Origin: Patescibacteria group bacterium
GTDB taxonomy: Bacteria; Patescibacteriota; JABMPQ01; JAQVVF01
Length of the DNA stretch: 64,000 nt
NCBI GenBank assembly: GCA_041662665.1
Contig: JBAZSC010000001.1
Location: 257,511-321,510 of the forward strand
Direction of reading: 5' to 3'
Made by a program: the position numbers and the translations under genes. The notes under the pieces are model-generated. The model was not told the origin of the DNA. It did not search any database and saw only the letters and a list, made by a program, of their open reading frames with translations. Shown in pieces: positions 34,832 through 43,749 of the stretch. The first letter of the stretch is position 1, and every line of letters starts with the position of its first letter.

Positions 34832-35419
34832 ATGTTTATCAAAGAAATAAAAAAGTATTCTGATAATATTTTACCGCTTAAGTTTTATAAATTCTTAGAG
34901 CGAATAGGGTTGTCTCCAAACAAGCTTACCCTTATCGCTCTTTTTTTTAAGATTTTAGTACTATATTTTTTTTATAATGGACAAATCGTTTTAGGCGGAA
35001 TTTTCATCGTCTGTGATTATCTTTTTGATTATATGGATGGCACAATGGCAAGACGTTTAGACAAAGTTACGCCATTTGGTACTTTTTATGATACTGTTTT
35101 AGATAGATTTTTTCGAACTGCAGGCTGGCCATTATCTTTGGCATTTGGTAATATAATTACCTTCAAAATTGCTGCATTAGTAGTTGCCTTCAATTTACTC
35201 TTGATTTTTTCATCTAGCGTGGTAGAATCATATAAGTTGCGTCATTTCCCATACATGCTAAATGTATTTTACTTAATTCCTTATGGCGCATTGTTAAATC
35301 AAGTTGAGTTATTTGCTACATTAGAAGCTATTGTTGCCTTTATCTTACTTATTTTTAACACTATTACAATAATCGTTTTAAATTTTAATTATAATAGTGG
35401 AAGCTTGAAAAAGCGTTAA
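34832..35419 (+). CDS. CDP-alcohol phosphatidyltransferase family protein
   Basis: Signature D-x2-DG-x2-AR-x8-G-x3-D-x3-D is present as DYMDGTMARRLDKVTPFGTFYDTVLD. Multi-TM protein lying between rplK and rplA. Confidence 0.7.
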   Translation: MFIKEIKKYSDNILPLKFYKFLERIGLSPNKLTLIALFFKILVLYFFYNGQIVLGGIFIVCDYLFDYMDGTMARRLDKVTPFGTFYDTVLDRFFRTAGWPLSLAFGNIITFKIAALVVAFNLLLIFSSSVVESYKLRHFPYMLNVFYLIPYGALLNQVELFATLEAIVAFILLIFNTITIIVLNFNYNSGSLKKR

Positions 35420-35491
35420 AACCACACACTTTAAGTTAATTAATTAATCTTTATTTATAAAATTAATTAAGAAATCTTAAAGCAAATCACA

Positions 35492-36319
35492 ATGGCAAAA
35501 GAAAAAGAAATCAAAGAGAAAAAAGTTAAAGAAGTTGAGGATAAGAAAGAAGCTAAGGAAGAAAAAACTGCAACCACAAAAGCACCAAAAGAAGAAGAAA
35601 AGACACCAAAGAAAGTAAAGAAAGTTGTTAAAAAACAACCTCGCAAAAGAAGCAAGAGGTATTTAGCTTTGAAAAAAGAAGTTAAAAATCAACGCTATTC
35701 TGTAGAAGAAGCAATTGAATTAGCTAAAAAAACTTCAACAACAAAATTTGATGGTTCAATCGAAGTTCATGTTAGATTAGGAATTGATATCGGAAAATCT
35801 GATCAAATGGTCAGAGGATCAGTAAAATTTCCAAATCCAACAGGCAGAAAAATCAGAATTGCAGCATTTGTTGAAGAACAAAATCAAAAAGCAGCTAAAG
35901 AAGCTGGTGCAGAAGTAGTTGGTGGCGAAGAATTAATTAAACAAATTAAAGAAACAAAGAAATGCGATTTTGATGTTGCAGTAGCTGAACCAAAGATGAT
36001 GCCAAAATTAGGCCAAATTGCTAAAATTTTGGGTCCAAAAGGTTTAATGCCAACACCAAAAAATCAAACTGTTTCTATAACTCCAGATAAAACAATTAAA
36101 GAATTAATGGGCGGAAAAACAGCTTTCAAAAATGATGCAAATGGCATTATTCATATTATGATTGGCAAGGCTTCATTTGATTCCAAAAAATTAGTTGATA
36201 ACTTGAATATCTTTATTGAAGAATTAAAAAAATTAAAACCAGAAAAAGTTAAAGGTGATTTTATAAAAAGACTTACAGTTTGTTCCACAATGGGACCTGG
36301 TGTAAAAGTCAGAGTTTAA
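35492..36319 (+). CDS. rplA: 50S ribosomal protein L1 with about 50-aa K/E-rich N-terminal extension
   Basis: RYSVEEAIELAKK...FDGSIEVHVRLGIDIGKSDQMVRGSVKFPNPTGRKIRIAAF is the uL1 core. The N-terminal extension is lysine/glutamate-rich. Confidence 0.9.
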   Translation: MAKEKEIKEKKVKEVEDKKEAKEEKTATTKAPKEEEKTPKKVKKVVKKQPRKRSKRYLALKKEVKNQRYSVEEAIELAKKTSTTKFDGSIEVHVRLGIDIGKSDQMVRGSVKFPNPTGRKIRIAAFVEEQNQKAAKEAGAEVVGGEELIKQIKETKKCDFDVAVAEPKMMPKLGQIAKILGPKGLMPTPKNQTVSITPDKTIKELMGGKTAFKNDANGIIHIMIGKASFDSKKLVDNLNIFIEELKKLKPEKVKGDFIKRLTVCSTMGPGVKVRV

Positions 36320-36346
36320 TAAAATTAAATCAAAATTTAGTATAAA

Positions 36347-36375
36347 TAAAAAAAGGCTAGCAATAGCCTTTTTGG
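36347..36375. terminator. bidirectional rho-independent terminator (AGGCTA-gcaa-TAGCCT flanked by A/T runs)
   Basis: aaaaaAGGCTAgcaaTAGCCTtttt sits between convergent rplA and the HD-domain gene. Confidence 0.7.
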
Positions 36376-36388
36376 TTAAAGTGCGTTT

Positions 36389-36967
36389 TTAATGTAAGTC
36401 AGCAAGAAATTCTTGAATCGGTTCAAACATAATTTTCAAGCCCTTGAATTCTTCCAAAAATGGTTGAATCTTTTTATATTCTGTCCATAGCGGTTTATAG
36501 AATAAAACATTTCCAGCATCAATCTCTCTTAAACAATAATACAATCTTACAAAAAGTTCACTTGCTCTAAACAGTCGACTTTCGATAGAAGATCCTTTTT
36601 GAATATCATATAGACTTAGCAGTTTTCCTTGAAAATCGATCGGCAAGAATACAACCATTTCTTGGAACTTAACTTTTTCAAGTCTTTCATCTTCTTCTGT
36701 CTTATAAGGCTCTTGAATATCTCCAAAATCATCTGCAGCTTCTCCAAAATCATGGATAGTTGCTAAGTCTGAAAGTATTTCGCCATCAAATTCAATTTCT
36801 GAATCATATTTCCTTACCATCATTTTTACAAGTTGGACAATGACCAAAAGCTTGAGTGTATGTTGAGCAACATTCTCTGGAAATAGACGAGGATCCTTCT
36901 TCCATCTTTGTTCGTCTTGTAAGCCTTGCGCGATTTTCACTAAGCCTTCTTCGATCCGGTGCGGCAT
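36389..36967 (-). CDS. HD-domain 5'-deoxynucleotidase YfbR-like protein
   Basis: ENVAQHTLKLLVIV...LATIHDFGEAADDFGD...RASELFVRLYYCLREIDAGN parallels YfbR (ENVSEHSLQVAMVA...MYHDASEVLTGD...[20 protein letters not shown]). AAAGGAGGAAAGGAAG lies immediately upstream of the ATG. Confidence 0.6.
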   Translation of the reverse strand: MPHRIEEGLVKIAQGLQDEQRWKKDPRLFPENVAQHTLKLLVIVQLVKMMVRKYDSEIEFDGEILSDLATIHDFGEAADDFGDIQEPYKTEEDERLEKVKFQEMVVFLPIDFQGKLLSLYDIQKGSSIESRLFRASELFVRLYYCLREIDAGNVLFYKPLWTEYKKIQPFLEEFKGLKIMFEPIQEFLADLH

Positions 36968-37150
36968 CTTCCTTTCCTCCTTTTCCCTCTTGTTTTTTTC
37001 TTAATTTTTTTTTAAAATATAAAGAACACCTAAATTCCTTTTTCATCAAAATAAATGAACAATCATTTCAAATTAACATTTTTTCGAAAACATATCAACA
37101 ATATTTTTAAATATTTTTCACTTTTAGTTTTTCATTTTTAATTTTAAAAT

Positions 37151-38590
37151 ATGCCAAGTAAAAACAGTTGTCAAATCTATGCGTTAGAAGGATTATCGCC
37201 AGAAGTACGAGCCGTCACTTTTGCCAAGTGCTCGCGTTCAGACAAATCTTTTAGAGAAATTGCTGCCGGTTTAACTGCCGAAAATTCTTCAAAGTTTCAT
37301 GAAAAATGGGTTGTTGGTTATGGCCATTCTTCAGTAGCTGAACACGCGCCAATTTCAATTGCCATGGAAAATATTTCTCTTTTAGCAGTTGAAGCAATTG
37401 AATCAAATAGACTAGCATCATATACTGAAAAATCTTCTCGTTACCAAATTTACGACGAAGATAGAGTTTATTATCCATCTGAATTTAAAGCTGATAAAAC
37501 AGTTGATAAATTATTTAGAGATACAATAAAATTGCAATTTGCTTTGTACAAAAAAAGTGCAAAGCCAGTCCAAGAAATTATCTTTAAAGAAAATCCAAAA
37601 GAAAAAGACGAAGACCAAAAAGGTTACGAAGCTAGAGTTCGTTCCAAATGGATTGATATGTGCCGTTATCTTTTGCCAAATGCTTGTTTTGCAAATTTAG
37701 GCATGACTGCAAATGCAAGAACTTTTGAAAATGCTTTAATGAAATGGTTTTCGAATCCTCTGTCAGAAGTTCAAGATATTGCCAAGCAAGTCAAAAAAGA
37801 AGCCTTGAGAATTACTCCAACATTAGTTAAATATGCTGATCCAAATCAATATTTAATTGATTCCTATAAAATTTTACCTAAAAAAGTAAAAACAATTTTA
37901 GGTGCTGAAAAAAAATATTTAGGCAAAGAAACTTTAGTTGAATTAGTTGATTTTGATAAAGATGTCGAGAATAAAGTTTTAGCTGCAGTTATTTATCAAT
38001 TCTCAAATATTCCATACAAAAAAGCTTATCAAAAAGCAAGAAGTTTAAAGAGAGCAGACAAAGAAAAATTGCTTGATAATATTTTAAAAAGAATCGGCAG
38101 GCATGACAAGCCATTACGAGCAGTTGAACTACCATATTTCACTTTTGATTGTCTAATCGATCAAGGCGCTTACTTTGATTTAAAGAGAAATAGAATTATG
38201 ACTCAGCTTCCTCAATCTGTCACAACAAAACATGGCTATTTTATTCCAAGAGCAATGATTTTAGCAGGTCTTGAAAAAGAGTACAAAGAAGTCATGGAGA
38301 AAACAGACAAAGCCTTTAAAACAATTTCGAAAAAATTTCCAAATGAAGCAGGCTATATTGCAACCAAATCTTTTGCCCGCAGATTTTTAATGAAAATGAA
38401 TTTGCGTGAATTATATTATTTTTGCTATTATCGCGGCGCAAATCCAGGTGGTCATGTTTCTTACCGTTTTGTTGGCACAAAAATGTATGAAATAACAAAC
38501 AAAAAATTTCCGACATTAATGAAATATTTGCCATTTATTTTTGATATGAATAGCAAAGAATTAAATAAATATTTTGAATATATTGATTAA
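37151..38590 (+). CDS. ThyX-like flavin-dependent thymidylate synthase homolog, unusually long (479 aa) with variant catalytic motif
   Basis: GYGHSSVAEHAPISIA...ESNRLASYTEKSSRYQ aligns to the ThyX signature RHR-x7-S-x-RY, but here it reads SNR-x7-S-S-RY. A second half shows ThyX-like ...NARTFENALMKW. tmk follows. Confidence 0.5.
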   Translation: MPSKNSCQIYALEGLSPEVRAVTFAKCSRSDKSFREIAAGLTAENSSKFHEKWVVGYGHSSVAEHAPISIAMENISLLAVEAIESNRLASYTEKSSRYQIYDEDRVYYPSEFKADKTVDKLFRDTIKLQFALYKKSAKPVQEIIFKENPKEKDEDQKGYEARVRSKWIDMCRYLLPNACFANLGMTANARTFENALMKWFSNPLSEVQDIAKQVKKEALRITPTLVKYADPNQYLIDSYKILPKKVKTILGAEKKYLGKETLVELVDFDKDVENKVLAAVIYQFSNIPYKKAYQKARSLKRADKEKLLDNILKRIGRHDKPLRAVELPYFTFDCLIDQGAYFDLKRNRIMTQLPQSVTTKHGYFIPRAMILAGLEKEYKEVMEKTDKAFKTISKKFPNEAGYIATKSFARRFLMKMNLRELYYFCYYRGANPGGHVSYRFVGTKMYEITNKKFPTLMKYLPFIFDMNSKELNKYFEYID

Positions 38591-38595
38591 AAATT

Positions 38596-39228
38596 ATGAA
38601 CAAAAATAGCTTCATTACTAATCCGTACAAAGGTCTATTTATCGCTTTTGAAGGATTGGACGGTTCTGGCCTTTCGACCCAAGCCGATTTATTGAATAAA
38701 TATTTAAACAAACAAGGCTATAAAAGTTTTGCGACAAAAGAGCCGACAAATAATATTATCGGCGGTTTGATTCGTGGTTTATTAACCCATATTTGGAAAG
38801 CGAGTAATGAATGTTCGCAACTTTTATTTACTGCAGATCGTGCTTTGCACTTAGAAAAAGAAATCATTCCAGCCTTAAAAAAGAAAAATATTATTATTAC
38901 TGATCGCTATTTTTTTTCAACTGTTGCATTTGGTTCATTAAATATCAGAGATTTAGATTGGCTTGTTTCATTAAATCAGCATTTCATTTTGCCAGATATT
39001 ATTTTCTTAATTAAAGTTCCGCCAAAAGAATGTGTCAAAAGAATTAAATCATCTAGATTCAGCAAGGAATTATTTGAGGAAGAAATTAAGCTAAAAAAAA
39101 TCTGGCGAACATATAACAAATTAGCCAAGATATTTCCTAATATTTATGTTATTGATGGAAATAGAGACAAGAAAGAAGTTTTTAAGGATGTTTTTGATAT
39201 AGTGGTTAAAAAGCTGAAAAAGAAGTAG
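38596..39228 (+). CDS. tmk: thymidylate kinase
   Basis: P-loop FIAFEGLDGSGLSTQ, DRY motif ITDRYFFS, and a lid region. Length 210 aa. Confidence 0.88.
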   Translation: MNKNSFITNPYKGLFIAFEGLDGSGLSTQADLLNKYLNKQGYKSFATKEPTNNIIGGLIRGLLTHIWKASNECSQLLFTADRALHLEKEIIPALKKKNIIITDRYFFSTVAFGSLNIRDLDWLVSLNQHFILPDIIFLIKVPPKECVKRIKSSRFSKELFEEEIKLKKIWRTYNKLAKIFPNIYVIDGNRDKKEVFKDVFDIVVKKLKKK

Positions 39229-39257
39229 TTCGTTATTTTTTGTTATGTTATAATTTA

Positions 39258-39388
39258 TGTAGAATCATGAATTATGAATTATGAATCATGATTAGAATAA
39301 TGAATTAAGAATCCTGAATTCATTATTCTTTATTCTAAATTCAAATCATAATTCATAATTCATAATTCTTGATTCATAATTCACATTC
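39258..39388. repeat. long AT-rich palindrome (ATGAATTATGAAT / ATTCATAATTCAT arms)
   Basis: tgtagaatcatgaattatgaattatgaatcatgattagaataatgaattaagaatcctgaattcattattctttattctaaattcaaatcataattcataattcataattcttgattcataattcacattcta. Confidence 0.7.
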
Positions 39389-39392
39389 TAAA

Positions 39393-40886
39393 ATGCCCAA
39401 ACTTGAAACCATAATCGGCTTGGAAATCCACGTTCAGCTCAAAACAAAATCAAAAATGTTTTGTAGTTGTGATAATAATGCTGAAAACGCAAAACCAAAT
39501 ACCTTAGTTTGCCCAGTTTGTATGGCCCATCCTGGTACATTGCCAGTGATTAATCGCCAAGCAGTTGAATGGACAGTTATGACTGGTCTTGCTTTGAATT
39601 GTGAAATTCCAGAAAATTCAAAATTTGATCGTAAGAATTATTTTTATCCAGATCTTCCAAAGGGTTATCAAATTTCACAATATGACGAGCCATTATGCTT
39701 GGCCGGATATTTTGATATCTTAGTTAACGGTCAAAACAAAAGAATTAATTTAGAAAGAATACATTTAGAAGAAGACGCTGGAAAATTAACTCATTCCAAA
39801 AGCTTAGGTGCAAGTTTAGTTGACTACAATCGAGCTAGCACTCCATTAATGGAAATTGTAACTAAGCCAGATTTTAGAAGTCCATTAGAAGCAAAAATAT
39901 TTTTGCAAGAACTTCGCAATTTAGTTCGCTATATTAATGTTTCCAATGCTGATATGGAAAAAGGTCATATGCGTTGTGATGCCAATATTTCTTTAAGACC
40001 AGAAGGAACAACAGAACTGTCAGCTAAAACAGAATTAAAAAATATGAATTCATTCAAGGCTGTAGAAAAAGCTTTGACATATGAAGTCAATCGCCAGACC
40101 AAGCTTTGGCAAGAAAATAATCCGCCAAAATTTTCCACAACTAGACTTTGGAATGACGATCAAGGAATAACATCAGAAATGAGAACTAAAGAAGCTTCGC
40201 ATGATTATCGCTATTTTCCAGAGCCAGATTTACCACCATTGCAATTGGATAAAAAATGGATCGATGATTTGAAACAAAAGTTGCCAGAGCTTCCACAAGC
40301 AAAAAAAGTAAGATTTATCAATCAATTTGGCTTGTCAGAAAAAGAAGTTGATTTGTTAATTTCAAATCGTTTGATTTCGGAATATTTTGAAAATGTTTTG
40401 ACAGAGGCTAGAGAATGGGTAGATGATTTGAAACAAAAAGATGACAATTCAGAAAAGACTTACAAAGAATTAGTTAAGCTGGTTTCAAATTGGCTGACTT
40501 CAAAATTGTTTGCATTATTAAATTCTGAAAAAATTTCTATTTCAAATTGCAAAATAACTCCAGAAAATTTCGCAGAATTATGTGCAATGATTTATACTAA
40601 CAAAATTTCTTCTACTGCTGGCCAGCAAATTTTAAAAATAATGTTTGATAAAGGTTCAGATCCTTCCCAAGTTGCAAATGAGCAAAATCTTGGTCAAGTT
40701 TCAGATGAAAAAGAATTGGATATTATTTTAGACAAATTAATATCTGAAAATCCAAAGCCAGTTGCTGATTTTAAGGCAGGCAACAAAAATGCTTTGCAAT
40801 TCTTTATCGGCTTAGCAATGAAAGAAACAAAAGGCAAGGCAAATCCAAAAATAGTCATGGATATGTTGAAGAAAAAGTTGTCTTGA
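39393..40886 (+). CDS. gatB: Asp-tRNA(Asn)/Glu-tRNA(Gln) amidotransferase subunit B
   Basis: MPKLETIIGLEIHVQLKTKSKMFCSC and CPVCMAHPGTLPV are the canonical GatB start. The ORF-track start at 39369 lies inside the upstream palindrome, so the second Met is preferred. Confidence 0.88.
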   Translation: MPKLETIIGLEIHVQLKTKSKMFCSCDNNAENAKPNTLVCPVCMAHPGTLPVINRQAVEWTVMTGLALNCEIPENSKFDRKNYFYPDLPKGYQISQYDEPLCLAGYFDILVNGQNKRINLERIHLEEDAGKLTHSKSLGASLVDYNRASTPLMEIVTKPDFRSPLEAKIFLQELRNLVRYINVSNADMEKGHMRCDANISLRPEGTTELSAKTELKNMNSFKAVEKALTYEVNRQTKLWQENNPPKFSTTRLWNDDQGITSEMRTKEASHDYRYFPEPDLPPLQLDKKWIDDLKQKLPELPQAKKVRFINQFGLSEKEVDLLISNRLISEYFENVLTEAREWVDDLKQKDDNSEKTYKELVKLVSNWLTSKLFALLNSEKISISNCKITPENFAELCAMIYTNKISSTAGQQILKIMFDKGSDPSQVANEQNLGQVSDEKELDIILDKLISENPKPVADFKAGNKNALQFFIGLAMKETKGKANPKIVMDMLKKKLS

Positions 40887-40984
40887 TATAATTTTAAGAA
40901 TGTATTATCCTGTTAATAATGACAAACAGACGAATCCGTACAACTTATTTTTTTAAAGGGGTCATGTTTTAATTTTCTACTAAG

Positions 40985-41006
40985 TCCGCATAACAGCGGA
41001 TTTTTT
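40985..41006 (+). terminator. rho-independent terminator after gatB (TCCGC-ataaca-GCGGA-TTTTTT)
   Basis: Hairpin plus T6, about 100 nt after the gatB stop. Confidence 0.6.
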
Positions 41007-41104
41007 GATACACGCGCACCTTAGACAAACCGCCTACGCTCTGCGGAGCTTCCACCTTCGCTTACGCTTCGGTGGACAAGTCGGCGGTCGAGGGAGGAAA
41101 AGGG

Positions 41105-42121
41105 ATGACAGTAGCTCTCGAGAGAGTTAGTCTCGATGGACATGAACAGCATGGACAGACAAATTGGTGGCAGAGCTATACAGTAACTTTCGATTTGCTT
41201 TGCAAAGAATTTGGTCAAGAAAATCTTCCTGCTGGTTTGCCTCCAAGAATTTTTGTTGTTGACAGTGAAGCTGGACGCAGATTTTTGACTGGCCGTCATC
41301 TTTGGGGTTGGCGCAAGATTAAGCTGATTAAGGAAGTTACTCGTTCTTTGGTTCAGCCATTGGTTGATATTTTCAAAGAATCAAATGGCGAAGTAACACA
41401 GTTTGTTCCATTGAGCGGCGCTGATCCAATGAAAATCGGAAAGGCTTTGCATCATGCTTTGATTTATCCATTCACTGTTGCGCCAATGGCAACAGCATAT
41501 ATTGAAGCAGATCGAAAAGAACAGAAAGATGGTAGCTTCAAAGCAAGGGTCAGAAAACCTTTGAAGAAATTCCCGAAACATCCAGTCGCAGTCATTGTTG
41601 ACACATGTTGCGCCTCTGGTTCTACTCTTCAAGAAACTGTCCGAAGAATTATTGACTGGTACAAGACTGATAAGAAGCCATTGCGCAAGATTATTTTCTT
41701 TACTGCCTGCGGATCACTGGAAGCGCTTCAAGGAATCTGGGCATATTGTCAAAGAAGATGCATCGAATTCATTCCAGTTTTTTCTGTTGGTCTTCATCGA
41801 GTATTTGATGAACCTGGAGTTCTTGGCAAGAGATTTACTGATCTTTCGCCAATTTCGGAAACTGCAATAATGCCTGCCTCATTCATTCCATCAGCAAATG
41901 TTTATTTTCAAGAGAAACCAATGTGTGCTGTTGGCGATGTTGGGGACAGCTTGAGTATGAAATTCGAACTTTATCTTTTTGAAACACTTCGCGAGCTTGC
42001 AATCTTAAAAATGGACTTGAACCGTTCTCCTTGGTGTGAAATGAGAAGTCAAATCCCAACAACTGTTTACTTAAAATTGCAGTCTGAACATATTGGAGAA
42101 TTTTTGTACTATCGTCATTGA
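41105..42121 (+). CDS. hypothetical PRTase-fold protein (PRPP-binding loop motif); GC-elevated gene with GC-rich leader
   Basis: VAVIVDTCCASGSTLQETV matches the type I phosphoribosyltransferase PRPP loop. GC is about 48%. GAGGGAGGAAAAGGG precedes the ATG at 41105, preferred over the ORF-track start at 41072. An 80-nt GC-rich leader carries the hairpin CCACCttcgcttacgcttcGGTGG. Confidence 0.45.
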   Translation: MTVALERVSLDGHEQHGQTNWWQSYTVTFDLLCKEFGQENLPAGLPPRIFVVDSEAGRRFLTGRHLWGWRKIKLIKEVTRSLVQPLVDIFKESNGEVTQFVPLSGADPMKIGKALHHALIYPFTVAPMATAYIEADRKEQKDGSFKARVRKPLKKFPKHPVAVIVDTCCASGSTLQETVRRIIDWYKTDKKPLRKIIFFTACGSLEALQGIWAYCQRRCIEFIPVFSVGLHRVFDEPGVLGKRFTDLSPISETAIMPASFIPSANVYFQEKPMCAVGDVGDSLSMKFELYLFETLRELAILKMDLNRSPWCEMRSQIPTTVYLKLQSEHIGEFLYYRH

Positions 42122-42206
42122 TCTTTGTTTGAAACACAAAACCGACTCTCGTCGGTTTTTTCTTTGTCCGCCGTAGCTTTAGCGGAGGCGGATTCTTTGT
42201 AACTAT

Positions 42207-42264
42207 TCTACCTTGCCCATGGCAAGGGTCATGAGTTTATTCTACCTCTGCCATGGGCAGAGTA
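42207..42264. repeat. GCCCATGGCAAGG palindrome-pair repeat (family C), intergenic copy
   Basis: ctaCCTTGCCCATGGCAAGGgtcatgagtttattctaCCTCTGCCATGGGCAGAGtag. A homologous copy lies in-frame inside miaB at 45138-45196. Confidence 0.65.
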
Positions 42265-42267
42265 GAA

Positions 42268-43215
42268 CTATTTCAAAAATTCTTTCACTAATTTATTCGC
42301 TTCACTATATTTTTCAATCCATTTTATTTTCTCATCTCTTTTAAACCAGCTTTCCTGTCGTCTCGCATATTGATGCGTATGGTATTTGATTTGTTGAATA
42401 ATTTCTGTTAAGACTTTTTCATCTTTAATTTTATTCAATTTTCCTTTGAACTCACCATAGCCAATTCCAGTCATTGCTGGTAGTCTCCAGGAATATTTTT
42501 TATTCAATTTTTTAACTTCTCTAATCAAGCCATCATCAATCATTTGGTCAACTCTTTTATCAATTCTTTTATATAGTTTTTCGCGATCTACTTTTATTCC
42601 AATTTGTAAAAAATTATATTTTGGTTCTCCTTTTTTTTGAAAAGAAGAAAAAGGTTTGCCTGTCTTAATGCAAACTTCGAGAGCTCGAATAATTCTTCTT
42701 TTATTTTGTCTTTGCACAAAGCTAGCAGATTTTGGATCTAATTTTATTAATCTTGCCCATAATTTTTCGATATCAATTTTTTCAAATTTTTTACGCAATT
42801 TAAAATCTGGAGGTACTTCTGGGATTGACAAGTTGTCAACTATAGCTTGAATATATAATCCAGTTCCACCAACTATTATTGGCAACTTTTTTCGTCTCAA
42901 AATATCATTAATAATTTCCTCAGCTTGTTTTTTGAATTCTGCAACAGAAAAGTCTTGATCTGGCTTAATTATATCTATCATGTAATGAGCAATATTTTCA
43001 CTATAAACAATCTTTTGTTTTCGATCGGCAATATTTTTGACTTTAGATTTTAGACTTTTAACCTTAGCAGTACCCACATCCATGCCAATATAAAACTGTC
43101 TTGAATCACAAGAAATTATTTCGCCATTATATTTTTTTGCAAATTTAATACCCATTCCGGATTTACCGGAAGCAGTCGGACCTAAGATAACGATAACTTT
43201 TGATAGTATTGACAT
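42268..43215 (-). CDS. miaA: tRNA dimethylallyltransferase
   Basis: MSILSKVIVILGPTASGKSGMGIKFAKKYNGEIISCDSRQFYIGMDVGTAK is the MiaA P-loop start. The ORF-track start at 43434 adds 73 non-conserved residues overlapping the divergent gene, so the ATG at 43215 is preferred. Confidence 0.85.
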   Translation of the reverse strand: MSILSKVIVILGPTASGKSGMGIKFAKKYNGEIISCDSRQFYIGMDVGTAKVKSLKSKVKNIADRKQKIVYSENIAHYMIDIIKPDQDFSVAEFKKQAEEIINDILRRKKLPIIVGGTGLYIQAIVDNLSIPEVPPDFKLRKKFEKIDIEKLWARLIKLDPKSASFVQRQNKRRIIRALEVCIKTGKPFSSFQKKGEPKYNFLQIGIKVDREKLYKRIDKRVDQMIDDGLIREVKKLNKKYSWRLPAMTGIGYGEFKGKLNKIKDEKVLTEIIQQIKYHTHQYARRQESWFKRDEKIKWIEKYSEANKLVKEFLK

Positions 43216-43275
43216 AATAATTGTAAAATGGTAGTTTGTATAGAAAGAAAATGCCTTAAAGGAAGGAGGAGAAGG

Positions 43276-43569
43276 ATGTCCATTTCCGAATTCATAATCC
43301 TGCTCATTATAGGTATTGTAGGTTGCTGTGTTATCTTTCTCGTAATGGTTGCAGTAATTATTGTACTTTTCGATCATGTTTTGCCCAAGTACGATAATTG
43401 GCGAGATAGAAGAGAAGCTCAAAGAAGAGCTCACAGAATTATTAGCTTAATAGGTATTTTTGTAAAGGAAGATGCTGAAGAAGATGTTTTACTAGCAAAA
43501 CGCAAACGAGTATTGGAAAATAGTTCGAAATTAGCTGATGCGAAGCAAAAAAGTAATATGTTAAACTAA
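43276..43569 (+). CDS. small hydrophobic membrane protein (SD-driven accessory gene)
   Basis: GGAAGGAGGAGAAGG precedes the ATG at 43276. Sequence MSISEFIILLIIGIVGCCVIFLVMVAVIIVLF, then a basic tail. Antisense to the miaB-miaA operon. Confidence 0.4.
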   Translation: MSISEFIILLIIGIVGCCVIFLVMVAVIIVLFDHVLPKYDNWRDRREAQRRAHRIISLIGIFVKEDAEEDVLLAKRKRVLENSSKLADAKQKSNMLN

Positions 43570-43615
43570 ATAATTAAGAATTCGATTTCGTACATTTTTT
43601 ACTAGACTTTTCTGT

Positions 43616-43646
43616 CTAGTTTTTTATTTCTCCTTCCAAAATCAAG
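43616..43646. repeat. 31-bp direct repeat, copy 1 (duplicate of the 3' end of miaB), preceded by terminator-like hairpin CTAGAC-ttttct-GTCTAG
   Basis: CTAGTTTTTTATTTCTCCTTCCAAAATCAAG matches 44198-44229 (CTAGTTTTTTATTTCTCCTTCCAAAATCCAAG) at 30/31 positions. Confidence 0.7.
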
Positions 43647-43749
43647 TTAAATATTAACAAATTTATAATGACTTTTGGTAAGCTGTTTGACATAAATTAT
43701 TTAACAGGATAATATTTAATATCGTACCCTTAGAAAAAGGAGGAGAAAA

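Noticed and set aside
39369-39392. ORF-track start of gatB at 39369 (MIHNSHSK...)
   Set aside because: These codons lie inside the long AT-rich palindrome. The conserved GatB N-terminus begins at the Met at 39393.
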